From Omnitrophica bacterium GWA2_41_15 (GTDB lineage Bacteria > Omnitrophota > Gorgyraeia > Gygaellales > Profunditerraquicolaceae), in the NCBI GenBank assembly GCA_919902445.1, contig CAKKQZ010000011.1, positions 12,783 to 56,638 of the forward strand: a DNA stretch of 43,856 nucleotides, given 5' to 3'. Under the pieces are notes generated by a model. It did no database searches. It worked only from the letters and a program-made list of their open reading frames with translations, and had not been told where the DNA came from. Of the stretch, positions 27,843 through 36,482 are shown piece by piece (position 1 is the stretch's first letter; each line of letters begins with the position of its first letter). Position numbers and translations under genes: made by a program.

Positions 27843-28154
27843 ATGGCTGAAGAAAAACTTTTGACGGTAAGGGAAGTAGCTTCATTATTGGGGGTATCGG
27901 AAAAAGAAGTGGTTGATTTAGCTGAAAGCGGCGCTATTCCGGCGTACAAAGTCGGCGGTGTATACTTAAGGTTTAAAAGGGAGCAGGTTAAGAATTTAAG
28001 AAAGTACAGCCGCGCTCCGGCTGCTAAGGTTGTGGCTAAGCAAAAAGCTTCATTTAAGGACCGGGTTAGTGACTTTTTCTATTTCAACGATTTTTATATA
28101 TTGGCAGGGATGTTGATAATTTTGCTTTTGTTAATCATATTCCAGGGAAATTAA
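27843..28154 (+). CDS. Excisionase-like HTH protein with C-terminal transmembrane anchor
   Basis: LLTVREVASLLGVS...GAIPAYKVGG..LRF at the N-terminus; hydrophobic ILAGMLIILLLLIIF at the C-terminus. Confidence 0.85.
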   Translation: MAEEKLLTVREVASLLGVSEKEVVDLAESGAIPAYKVGGVYLRFKREQVKNLRKYSRAPAAKVVAKQKASFKDRVSDFFYFNDFYILAGMLIILLLLIIFQGN

Positions 28155-28158
28155 GATA

Positions 28159-28830
28159 ATGGTTTTAAAATCTAAGTTTTGCGACTTAGGGTTTGCCAAA
28201 GTCGATATAGATAGAAAAAAACGAAGGGGCTTTGCAGAAGCAATATATTCTCCCGGAAAATCTAGGGAGCACTTAAAGAAGATATCCCGGGAATTAATTA
28301 AAAATAAACAGGATTTACTTTTAACTAGGTTAGATAAAAATACCTTTTCTTACCTAAAGAAATCAATCCCCGGATTAAAATACAATCCAAAAGCACGATT
28401 GGGATTCCTCATACAAAATGGAAGGGTTGTCGGCAAGGGCGTATCATTGGTGATTTGCGCGGGGACATCTGACATACCTGTGGCTGAGGAAGCAGCCGCT
28501 GTCCTTGAAGTAATGGGGAATAAAGTGGTCAGGCTTTTTGACGTAGGAGTGGCAGGGGTTCATCGCATAATGCAAAAAATTGAGGTTTTAAAGAAAGCAA
28601 AGGTGATTGTGGTAGTCGCCGGCATGGAGGGGGCATTGGCAAGTTTAGTGAGCGGGCTAGTCAGTTGTCCGGTTATTGCCGTTCCGACCAGCTGCGGTTA
28701 CGGCGCTAATTTTGGCGGGCTCTCGGCGCTATTAACCATGTTAAATAGTTGTTCTCCGGGGGTAGCAGTGGTAAATATCGATAATGGTTTTGGCGCGGGA
28801 TATTTCGCGAGCCTTGTTAACCGGCCATAA
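28159..28830 (+). CDS. larB: Nickel-pincer cofactor biosynthesis protein LarB
   Basis: FAKVD.DR..R.G, AGTSDIPVAEEA, DVGVAG.HR, VAGMEGAL, VNIDNGFGA. Confidence 0.92.
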   Translation: MVLKSKFCDLGFAKVDIDRKKRRGFAEAIYSPGKSREHLKKISRELIKNKQDLLLTRLDKNTFSYLKKSIPGLKYNPKARLGFLIQNGRVVGKGVSLVICAGTSDIPVAEEAAAVLEVMGNKVVRLFDVGVAGVHRIMQKIEVLKKAKVIVVVAGMEGALASLVSGLVSCPVIAVPTSCGYGANFGGLSALLTMLNSCSPGVAVVNIDNGFGAGYFASLVNRP

Positions 28831-28870
28831 GTTGTAAGCGGCTTAACCCTTGGGCCATAAGTTAAGAGCT

Positions 28871-29284
28871 ATGAAGATAAATTTAAAAGAGGCAATAAAA
28901 TTCCACGGCCATCTAGGGCCGTATCTTGTTTTGGGGCTTTTAGCGGGAGAAACAGCCCTTAAAAAATTAAAGTCAAAAAAATATTTCGGATTAAAGGTCA
29001 GTGTGTGGGGAGCAAATAAAAAGCCGAAATCCTGCCTCGTAGATGGTTTGCAATTATCTACAGGCGCAACCTACGGAAAAGGAAATATCCATAAATATAA
29101 TAGCAGGATAATTAAGATTTTATTTTTCGATAAGAACCGTAACAGGAGGCTAACTATTGCGTTAAAAAAAGATTTGATTTTTAAATTGAATACTTTAAAA
29201 GGACATAGGGACTCTGAGGCCTTTGCCAAAAAACTCTATAACCTAAAGCCTTTAAAAGTTTTTGACTTACAATCCATAACTTAA
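28871..29284 (+). CDS. FmdE family protein
   Basis: FHGHLGPYLVLG and C..DGLQ.STGAT.GKGN; ATG 28871 preferred over TTG 28850. Confidence 0.85.
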   Translation: MKINLKEAIKFHGHLGPYLVLGLLAGETALKKLKSKKYFGLKVSVWGANKKPKSCLVDGLQLSTGATYGKGNIHKYNSRIIKILFFDKNRNRRLTIALKKDLIFKLNTLKGHRDSEAFAKKLYNLKPLKVFDLQSIT

Positions 29285-29306
29285 AACTTACTACTGGAGA
29301 AAAAAC

Positions 29307-30638
29307 ATGGCGCTTTCAGGATTGGATATTTACAAATTATTGCCCAAGACAAACTGCCGGGAATGCGGGTTCCCTACCTGCCTTGCCTTTGCCATGCAGC
29401 TTGCAAAAAAGGCAATAAGTATTGATAAATGCCCGTACCTTAGCCAGGAGGCAAAAAAGGTTTTAGAGGCATCAAGCCAGCCGCCTATAAAATTGGTGAC
29501 GGTCGGCGTGGGTGACTCGAGGTTAGAATTCGGTAATGAGACAGTGATGTTTCGCCATGAAGAAAAATTTTTTCATCCCTGCGGAATAGGTTTTATTATC
29601 GAAGATAATTTAAGCGACTCTGAGATTTCGCGAAAGCTCGAGAGGATAAATAAGTTAAAGTTTGAACGCGTAGGACAGAAGATAGAGGTGAATCTTGTGG
29701 CGGTCAGGCAAACCAATGACGGGCAAAGGTTCGTTGACGCGGTGCAGTTAGTTTCAAGCGGCACTTCCTTAGGCCTGGTATTAATGAGCGATGAACCGGA
29801 GGCTCTAAAATCAGCATTAGAAATTACAAGAACAAAAAGGCCGTTAATTTACCATGCCACAAAAAATAATTTAGCAGCAGTTGCGCAGGTGGCCAAGGAA
29901 TTTAATCTGCCGCTAGTTGTTTCTGGCCCTGATTTAGATACTCTCTCAAACCTGACAAAAGAGTTGAATAGCCTGGGCGTTGCCGAGTTAGTTTTAGAGA
30001 CAGAGAAAAAAAACGTTGCGGATAAAATCTGGGATTTAACCCAAATACGAAGGCAGGCATTAAGGAAGTCAAATCGGGCTTTGGGTTATCCTGTTTTGGT
30101 TTTAGTGGAAAATTCCGATCCTTACGAAGAGGCTGTCGAGGCCGCGACTTTTATTGCAAAGTACGCGAGTATGCTTTTGATGAAAGGGACTGAATCCTGG
30201 CAGGTTTTATCGCTTTTAACTTTAAGGCAGAATATTTACACTGACCCGCAGAAACCCTTACAGATGGAGGCAAAGCTTTATGCTATTGGACAGGTAACCG
30301 ATAAATCTCCTGTGCTGGTTACAACTAATTTTTCTTTAAGCTACTACACTGTTTTAGGGGAAGTGGAGGCAAGTAAGATTCCAGCTTACATAGTTAGCGT
30401 AGATACAGAAGGTATGTCCGTATTGACTGCGTGGGCTGCTGAAAAGTTTACTCCGGATAAGATCACGGAGAATTTGGAAAAGTGCGAAGTAGCAAAGGCG
30501 GTTTCGCATAAACGGTTGATTATTCCCGGTTATGTTGCGGTTATGAGCGGCGATTTAGAAGAGAAATCCGGTTGGCAGGTCACTGTCGGGCCAAAAGAGG
30601 CTGCCGGGATACCCAGCTTCTTAAAGAATTTACAGTAG
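29307..30638 (+). CDS. acsC: Corrinoid iron-sulfur protein large (gamma) subunit
   Basis: LPKTNC.ECG.PTCLAFAM, LRQNIYTDPQKP, TTNFSL.Y, SVLTAWAA.KF. Confidence 0.95.
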   Translation: MALSGLDIYKLLPKTNCRECGFPTCLAFAMQLAKKAISIDKCPYLSQEAKKVLEASSQPPIKLVTVGVGDSRLEFGNETVMFRHEEKFFHPCGIGFIIEDNLSDSEISRKLERINKLKFERVGQKIEVNLVAVRQTNDGQRFVDAVQLVSSGTSLGLVLMSDEPEALKSALEITRTKRPLIYHATKNNLAAVAQVAKEFNLPLVVSGPDLDTLSNLTKELNSLGVAELVLETEKKNVADKIWDLTQIRRQALRKSNRALGYPVLVLVENSDPYEEAVEAATFIAKYASMLLMKGTESWQVLSLLTLRQNIYTDPQKPLQMEAKLYAIGQVTDKSPVLVTTNFSLSYYTVLGEVEASKIPAYIVSVDTEGMSVLTAWAAEKFTPDKITENLEKCEVAKAVSHKRLIIPGYVAVMSGDLEEKSGWQVTVGPKEAAGIPSFLKNLQ

Positions 30639-30700
30639 GAATTTCATAACGAAGAAAGTTCCTTTACAGCTTATCGCGGGATAGCTTTCGTCAAAGCTAC

Positions 30701-30752
30701 AGGGACTGTCCCCGTCAAAGCTATTGGTTGTATAACCAGAGGGACTGTCCCT
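30701..30752. repeat. Family B doublet
   Basis: AGGGACTGTCCCCGTCAAAGCTA...AGAGGGACTGTCCCT; matches 41224-41276. Confidence 0.85.
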
Positions 30753-30790
30753 GAACAGATTTAATGAAAACTGTCCCGACCAAATAAACA

Positions 30791-32719
30791 ATGGAAAAAT
30801 TCAAGATTAAATTTTATCCGGACAATAAGACAATCGAGGTTGAAAAGAGCAAGACTATTCTTTCAGCTGCGATATCCGCCGGGGTCTATATAAATTCCAG
30901 TTGCGGCGGCGACGGCGTTTGCGGAAGGTGTAAGGTGATTGTCAAGAAGGGTGAGGTTCTTACCCATCCCACCGGAAGAATAAGCCTGGATGAGAGGGCG
31001 CATGGAGTATATTTATCCTGCCTGACTACTGCGCAAAGCGATTTAGAGGTTGAAGTTCCTCCTGAGTCAAGATTGGATTTTGAGAAGTTATCTGCGCAGG
31101 AACTGGAGTTACGCCTTAAGGGGCTATACGAGGAATCCGAAGAAGTAGAGGAAGTGGTGCCTGTTAAGCCTGAAGAGATTTTTACCCACTCTCCTTTATC
31201 TACAAAATTATATTTGGAATTGCCAAAGCCCACCTTAAAAGATAATATCAGTGACCTTGAGCGGCTATACCGGGAAATAAGGCGTTTAAGCGATGTTCCC
31301 ATTATGCAGGCAGGGCTTGCCAATATTAGAAAACTGGGAGAGTTGCTGCGTGATTCTGATTGGAAAGTCACTGTTACTTTAGGAAAAAGAAATGAAACTG
31401 TTGAGATTGTTTTGGTTGAGCCGGGAGATACTCAAGCTAAAAATTTTGGCATGGCCTTTGATATAGGCACTACTACGATATCCGGGCAACTCGTGGATTT
31501 AAATAATAAAATGGTCTTGGGCACAAGGGCAACATATAATAAACAGGCAAGTTTCGGCAGCGACGTAATCACTCGTATAATCTATGCTCAGGAGGAGGAC
31601 GGTTTAGAAAAACTGCATCACGCGGTTATTGACACTATGAACCATATGATTCAGGATTTAATCCAGGAGTATAACGTTGATCTTAATGACGTAAACTGCT
31701 GTTTGTGCGCGGGAAATACTACTATGGCGCATCTTTTGCTTCGGGTCGACCCCACCTATATCAGAAGGGAGCCGTATGTTCCTACGGCAAATTTTGTGCC
31801 TGTTATACGCGCTGCAGAAGCAGGCATAAAGATAAATCCCCGCGGGCTTTTATCATGTGTTCCCGGAGTTTCCAGTTATGTGGGAGGAGATACTACCTCA
31901 GGAGTTTTATCGAGCGGCCAATATAAAGAAGGAGATTTAAGCATACTGATAGATGTCGGCACTAACGGAGAAATTGTACTTGGTAGTAAAGACTTCTTGG
32001 TAAGTTGCGCCGCTTCAGCAGGGCCTGCATTTGAAGGCAGCGGCGTTACCTGCGGCATGCGCTCGAGTAAAGGAGCGATACAAAAAGTAAAAATAGACCC
32101 TAAGGATTTTGATGTGGTATGCGATACTATCGGTGGGGCCCCAGCGCGCGGCATATGCGGTTCAGGTTATATTGATATCATCGCAGGGATGCTGAAAGTC
32201 GGTATTATCGATAAAAGCGGCAAGATTATAGCAGAAAATAAAAAACGTATCCGCGATAGCGACTTGGGGCGCGAATTTGTGCTTTATTTTAAAGAGCAGG
32301 CAGATTCAACGAGCGATATAGTCGTCAATGAGGCGGATATCGAAAATTTAAAACGCGCCAAAGGCGCAATTTATGCCGCGACTTCTATTTTAGTAAAGCA
32401 CATGGGCCTTGATTTTGCTTCGATAAAGAAATTCTTTATTGCCGGCGGATTCGGGACTTACCTTGATATTGAGAACGCTGTGCGCATCGGTTTATTGCCT
32501 GATTTAGAAAGGCAGAAATTTTCCTTTATCGGAAATAGTTCTCTGGCAGGCGCCAGGCAAATGCTTTTATCCTTTGAGGCAACAAAGATTGCTGAAACAA
32601 TTGCTAAAAAGATCACTTATTTTGAGCTTTCGGTAGACCCGGGCTACATGGATGAGTATATGGCGGCGCTTTTTTTCCCGCATACGGATTTGGAAAAATT
32701 CCCTTCATTAAAAGCTTGA
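30791..32719 (+). CDS. Reductive activator of corrinoid proteins (RACo/AcsV; 2Fe-2S plus ASKHA domains)
   Basis: CGG.G.CGRC, DIGTTT, GSDVITRI, D.GTNGEI, AGPAFEG, AGGFG. Confidence 0.92.
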   Translation: MEKFKIKFYPDNKTIEVEKSKTILSAAISAGVYINSSCGGDGVCGRCKVIVKKGEVLTHPTGRISLDERAHGVYLSCLTTAQSDLEVEVPPESRLDFEKLSAQELELRLKGLYEESEEVEEVVPVKPEEIFTHSPLSTKLYLELPKPTLKDNISDLERLYREIRRLSDVPIMQAGLANIRKLGELLRDSDWKVTVTLGKRNETVEIVLVEPGDTQAKNFGMAFDIGTTTISGQLVDLNNKMVLGTRATYNKQASFGSDVITRIIYAQEEDGLEKLHHAVIDTMNHMIQDLIQEYNVDLNDVNCCLCAGNTTMAHLLLRVDPTYIRREPYVPTANFVPVIRAAEAGIKINPRGLLSCVPGVSSYVGGDTTSGVLSSGQYKEGDLSILIDVGTNGEIVLGSKDFLVSCAASAGPAFEGSGVTCGMRSSKGAIQKVKIDPKDFDVVCDTIGGAPARGICGSGYIDIIAGMLKVGIIDKSGKIIAENKKRIRDSDLGREFVLYFKEQADSTSDIVVNEADIENLKRAKGAIYAATSILVKHMGLDFASIKKFFIAGGFGTYLDIENAVRIGLLPDLERQKFSFIGNSSLAGARQMLLSFEATKIAETIAKKITYFELSVDPGYMDEYMAALFFPHTDLEKFPSLKA

Positions 32720-32740
32720 ACAAGATAAGCACTGCACACA

Positions 32741-32837
32741 GGGACAGCCTTAAAACAGTTACGGGACACCTTCCATCAAAGCAATAAAAACAATAGCTCA
32801 ATGGAAAGTGTCCCGCCGATGAACAGGAGACTGTCCC
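32741..32837. repeat. Nested family B-related palindromes
   Basis: Outer GGGACAG/CTGTCCC and inner CGGGACAC..TCCAT/ATGGA..GTGTCCCG. Confidence 0.7.
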
Positions 32838-32869
32838 TCAATAATATAAGGGTTGCGGTGATAGATAAG

Positions 32870-32924
32870 TGAGGCCATAACTTATGGAGGCGTTTAGCCG
32901 ACATAAGTTATCTGGCCGAACTTA
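32870..32924 (-). repeat. Family A hairpin repeat, copy A5
   Basis: GGCCATAACTTAT...ATAAGTTATCTGGCCGAA, a compensatory variant. Confidence 0.85.
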
Positions 32925-32979
32925 TCCCGTTAGAAATTTTGCGTATTAATTATTGTCAATCTGGTATTTCTAACGGGAT
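32924..32979. repeat. ATCCCGTTAGAAAT inverted repeat between family A copies
   Basis: Perfect 14-bp arms ATCCCGTTAGAAAT/ATTTCTAACGGGAT. Confidence 0.8.
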
Positions 32980-33037
32980 TAATTCACACATTGACTTACT
33001 CATACTGGCGTATTCGTAAGTCAAGTGTTCATTAAGG
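32976..33037 (+). repeat. Family A variant, copy A6 (exact duplicate of 27260-27321)
   Basis: 62 identical bases ending in the acsD RBS region. Confidence 0.95.
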
Positions 33038-33044
33038 GGTTGAT

Positions 33045-34034
33045 ATGGAATTGGCATTGGAGAAGTGGTCAGGGAGCGTTGCAGAGGTTTCTGTTGGTGC
33101 CACTAAAGATGAGGGGGGCACGCGTGCAAAGTCGATTAAGATAGGGGGGCATAAAACTCTGCCTCTTTTATTTAAAGAGAGCGCAATCCCTAATAGGCCG
33201 GTGGTAGCCTTTGAGGTCTGGGATATTGCGCCGACTGAATGGCCGGAAGAATTAATTAAGTCATATGGCGATAAATTAAAAGACCCTGTTGCCTGGGCTG
33301 ATTTTTGCGTGAAAGAATATAAGGCGCAGGTTTTGTGCATAAAGCTTCAGGGATCGCATCCTGATTTTGGGAATAAAACCCCTGATGAGGAAGCAAAGCT
33401 AATAGGCAAAATATTAAAGAGAGTGGATGTCCCTTTGGTAATATTAGGGAGCGGAGACGACTCAAAAGATAATTTGGTTTTGCCTGCAGCAAGCGAAGCG
33501 GCAAAGGGTGAGCGCGCCCTGGTAGGAGACGCGGTTCAGGACAATTATAAGACGCTTGTTGCCGCGGTCCTTGCCGATGGACATAATATTATCGCCGAGT
33601 CTCCGATAGATATAAATATTGCCAAGCAGTTAAATATATTGATTTCAGATATGGGCCTATCTTTAGAGCGTATTGTTATTAATCCGACTATCGGGGCTTT
33701 GGGGTATGGTTTGGAATATGCTTATTCTATTATGGAGCGCGCTCGCCTAGCCGCATTATCAGGGGATAAAACAGTAGCCAATCCTTTTGTATGTTTTGTG
33801 GGGCATGAAGCCTGGAGGGCAAAAGAGGCAAAGGCGAAAATAGCGGAATTTCCCTCATGGGGCCCTGAGCCTGAACGCGGCATAATCTGGGAGGTGATCA
33901 CAGCGGCCGCATTGATACAGTCAGGAGGAGACCTTTTGATTATGCGCCATCCTAAAGCGGTTGAAAAGGTAAATAAATATATAGATGAATTATTTAGGGA
34001 CGCTTCTCAAGTCAGCTATAAGGTGTCCCCTTAA
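33045..34034 (+). CDS. acsD: Corrinoid iron-sulfur protein small (delta) subunit
   Basis: GG...LP, SPIDINIAKQLNILI, ALGYGLEY.YS.MER.RLAAL.GD, MRHP. Confidence 0.94.
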   Translation: MELALEKWSGSVAEVSVGATKDEGGTRAKSIKIGGHKTLPLLFKESAIPNRPVVAFEVWDIAPTEWPEELIKSYGDKLKDPVAWADFCVKEYKAQVLCIKLQGSHPDFGNKTPDEEAKLIGKILKRVDVPLVILGSGDDSKDNLVLPAASEAAKGERALVGDAVQDNYKTLVAAVLADGHNIIAESPIDINIAKQLNILISDMGLSLERIVINPTIGALGYGLEYAYSIMERARLAALSGDKTVANPFVCFVGHEAWRAKEAKAKIAEFPSWGPEPERGIIWEVITAAALIQSGGDLLIMRHPKAVEKVNKYIDELFRDASQVSYKVSP

Positions 34035-34072
34035 ATGGGGACAGTTTATATTCAACTTAAGAAACGTCCCTA
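33995..34072. repeat. Nested family B-related palindromes overlapping the acsD stop
   Basis: Outer TAGGGACG/CGTCCCTA and inner TGTCCCC-TTAAAT-GGGGACA. Confidence 0.75.
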
Positions 34073-34086
34073 ATTGGAGGTGAGGT

Positions 34087-34875
34087 TTGTTTATTATAGG
34101 TGAATTGATCAACGGGATGTATGCAAATATTGGCAAAGCAATCAGAGAAAAAAATAAAGCGGAAATTCAAAAGTGCGCCCTGGAGCAGATAAAGTGTGGG
34201 GCAGACGCCTTGGATGTTAACTGCGGCCCCGCTTCAAAAGAGCCGATTACTGATATTCAGTGGTTGGTCGAAGCAATTCAGGAGGTAACCGATGTGCCGA
34301 TATCTTTGGACTCCAGTAAGCCACAGGTCATTGAGTCTGGGCTCAAGGCAGCAAGGAATAAAGTAATTATTAATTCTGTAACCGCAGACCCTGACAAATT
34401 GGATATATTGGTACCTATGGCAAAGCAGCATAATGCTAAACTCATTGCTTTGACTATAAGCGCAAAGGGCATTCCTAAAGATAAGGATCAGCGTTTGGAA
34501 TTGGCTGCTACTATTGTAGCGGACTGTATTGATAAGGGCTTTCCCGTTGAGGATTTGTTCCTTGACCCTATAGTGCTTCCGCTGAATGTTGCACAGGCGC
34601 AGATGAAGGATATTTTAGAATCCATACATGAATTTAAAATTATTTCTGACCCTAGCCCAAAGACGATTGTTGGTTTAAGTAATGTCTCACAGGGGACAAA
34701 TGCCAGAAGCTTAGTTAACCGCACCTTTTTGACCATGGCAGCGGCATATGGACTTGATGCCGCAATATTGGACCCTTTAGATAAGGATTTAATGGACGCG
34801 CAGATTACCGCCGAGTTAATCTTAAATAAACATATCTACTGCGATTCGTTTCTCTACGCTTATAGAAAGAAATAA
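34087..34875 (+). CDS. acsE: Methyltetrahydrofolate:corrinoid methyltransferase
   Basis: IIGELING, GADALDVN, INS, GLSNVS, GLDAAI.DP; lies in the acs cluster; TTG start behind GGAGG. Confidence 0.9.
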   Translation: MFIIGELINGMYANIGKAIREKNKAEIQKCALEQIKCGADALDVNCGPASKEPITDIQWLVEAIQEVTDVPISLDSSKPQVIESGLKAARNKVIINSVTADPDKLDILVPMAKQHNAKLIALTISAKGIPKDKDQRLELAATIVADCIDKGFPVEDLFLDPIVLPLNVAQAQMKDILESIHEFKIISDPSPKTIVGLSNVSQGTNARSLVNRTFLTMAAAYGLDAAILDPLDKDLMDAQITAELILNKHIYCDSFLYAYRKK

Positions 34876-35259
34876 TTGGCAAACGGAAAAGTATTCAGGA
34901 ATATCTTAAGGGTTAACGGTTTTAGAAAAAGCGTAAAAATTGCGGCTAAGGGCATTGTTTACCTGTTTTTATACCATCGCAATATGCGGTTAATCTTTGT
35001 TGCGGGTTTACTTGCTTTTATTTTGGGCCTAACTTTTAAGCTTAGTGCTGTAGAATTAGTTGCCTTATGCGTTACTATAACACTGGTATTCATGGCGGAA
35101 ATATTTAATACGGCAATCGAACTTATGATGAATGCAATCACTGATAAATACCATACTAAGGTAAAATTAGTTAAAGATATTGCAGCGGCAGTAGTGATAC
35201 TTACGATTTTAAATTCTCTGGTAGTCGGTTATATTCTTTTTGTCAGAAAATTGTTTTAA
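34876..35259 (+). CDS. dgkA: Prokaryotic diacylglycerol/undecaprenol kinase
   Basis: A.KGI, AEIFNTAIE, KDIAAA.V. Confidence 0.9.
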   Translation: MANGKVFRNILRVNGFRKSVKIAAKGIVYLFLYHRNMRLIFVAGLLAFILGLTFKLSAVELVALCVTITLVFMAEIFNTAIELMMNAITDKYHTKVKLVKDIAAAVVILTILNSLVVGYILFVRKLF

Positions 35260-35264
35260 GATCT

Positions 35265-35341
35265 GGCGGCGTAGCTCAGCCTGATAGAGCAGTCGGCTCA
35301 TACCCGATAGGTCACTGGTTTAAATCCAGTCGCCGCCACCA
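35265..35341 (+). tRNA. tRNA-Met(CAT), elongator type
   Basis: GGCGGCG/CGCCGCC acceptor stem, GTCGG-CTCATAC-CCGAT arm, encoded CCA; T-loop TTTAAAT. Confidence 0.9.
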
Positions 35342-35389
35342 GCCATTTTAAGATTACTAATTTACCCAAGGCACATCTGGTGAAAGCTC

Positions 35390-36361
35390 ATGCCCACAAT
35401 TAAATTCAAGGACACTATAAAGAAATATAATCTTATAAATAAAGGAGACAGGATTGTAATCGGCGTTTCTGGCGGCCCGGATTCCGTCTGCCTTGTTTAT
35501 TTGCTCGATGGATTGAAAAAGGAATTTAAGGCTATGCTTACAATCGCGCATTTAGACCATATGTTGAGAAAAGATTCCAGTAAGGACAGGGAATTTGTGG
35601 AAAAATTGGGAAAAAAATTAGAAATTAAAGTTATAAGCTCTAAGATTAATGTTAAAAAATTGGCTAAATTCGGCTCCCTTGAAGAAATTGCCAGAAACGC
35701 GCGTTTTGGGTTTTTATTCAAAGTTGCGCGGGATGTGAAGGCAAAAAAAATAGCCTTAGGGCATAATTTTGACGACCAGGCAGAGACCGTATTAATGCGC
35801 ATCATAAGAGGCAGCGGCTTAAGCGGCCTTTCAGGGATACTGCCCAAGAGAAATATCTCAGGCTTTGAAATTATCCGTCCGCTTATAGAGGTTAAAAGGA
35901 GGCAAATAGAGGCGTACTTAAAGAGAAAAAAAATCAAGGCCCGAACCGATGTTTCCAATAAGCAGGATTTATTTTTTAGGAATAAAATAAGGAATAAATT
36001 GTTGCCCCTGCTGGAGAGGGATTATAATAAAAATATCAGAGAGGTGCTGGCGAATATGGCACAAAATACAGGGAGCGATTATGATTATTTACAGCAAGCG
36101 GCAAAGCGTTCAATGAGGGGCGCAAAGGCAAAACTTAATCTCGATAGGCTAAGAGAGCTGCACCCTGCAATTCAGCGTTTAATCCTTAGGCGCGCATTTG
36201 CAACTATTAAAGGGGATACCAGGGGGATTACCTTTAAACATATAAGAGAAATAGAAGATTTGATTTTAAACAGGCCTAAAAATTCAGTGGTTGACCTGCC
36301 TAAAGGCATATCTGTAGTAAAGAAAAAACACCTCATTTTTTACCGCAGAGATTTTCAATAA
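35390..36361 (+). CDS. tilS: tRNA(Ile)-lysidine synthetase
   Basis: SGGPDS, H.DH.LR, E..AR..R, H..DDQAETVL, RN.IR. Confidence 0.95.
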   Translation: MPTIKFKDTIKKYNLINKGDRIVIGVSGGPDSVCLVYLLDGLKKEFKAMLTIAHLDHMLRKDSSKDREFVEKLGKKLEIKVISSKINVKKLAKFGSLEEIARNARFGFLFKVARDVKAKKIALGHNFDDQAETVLMRIIRGSGLSGLSGILPKRNISGFEIIRPLIEVKRRQIEAYLKRKKIKARTDVSNKQDLFFRNKIRNKLLPLLERDYNKNIREVLANMAQNTGSDYDYLQQAAKRSMRGAKAKLNLDRLRELHPAIQRLILRRAFATIKGDTRGITFKHIREIEDLILNRPKNSVVDLPKGISVVKKKHLIFYRRDFQ

Positions 36362-36365
36362 CTAC

Positions 36366-36394
36366 TTGATTTTTAAGGTAGTTAAATATATAAT
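36366..36394 (+). promoter_or_regulatory. Sigma70-like promoter of ftsH
   Basis: TTGATT-17 nt-TATAAT. Confidence 0.7.
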
Positions 36395-36404
36395 AAATAA
36401 TAAA

Positions 36405-36463
36405 TAGGGACAGCGACTATTTTTTCTGCGTATATTTACCTGAAAAAATAGTCGCTGTCCCTA
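36405..36463. repeat. Long perfect inverted repeat in the ftsH leader (family B-related ends)
   Basis: TAGGGACAGCGACTATTTTTTC / GAAAAAATAGTCGCTGTCCCTA. Confidence 0.9.
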
Positions 36464-36482
36464 AGAAAAGAAAGGTTGCGAA

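Noticed and set aside
27331-28154. Excisionase-like HTH genes as evidence of a prophage or ICE
   Set aside because: No integrase or phage genes are nearby, and the HTHs are fused to bactofilin and TM domains
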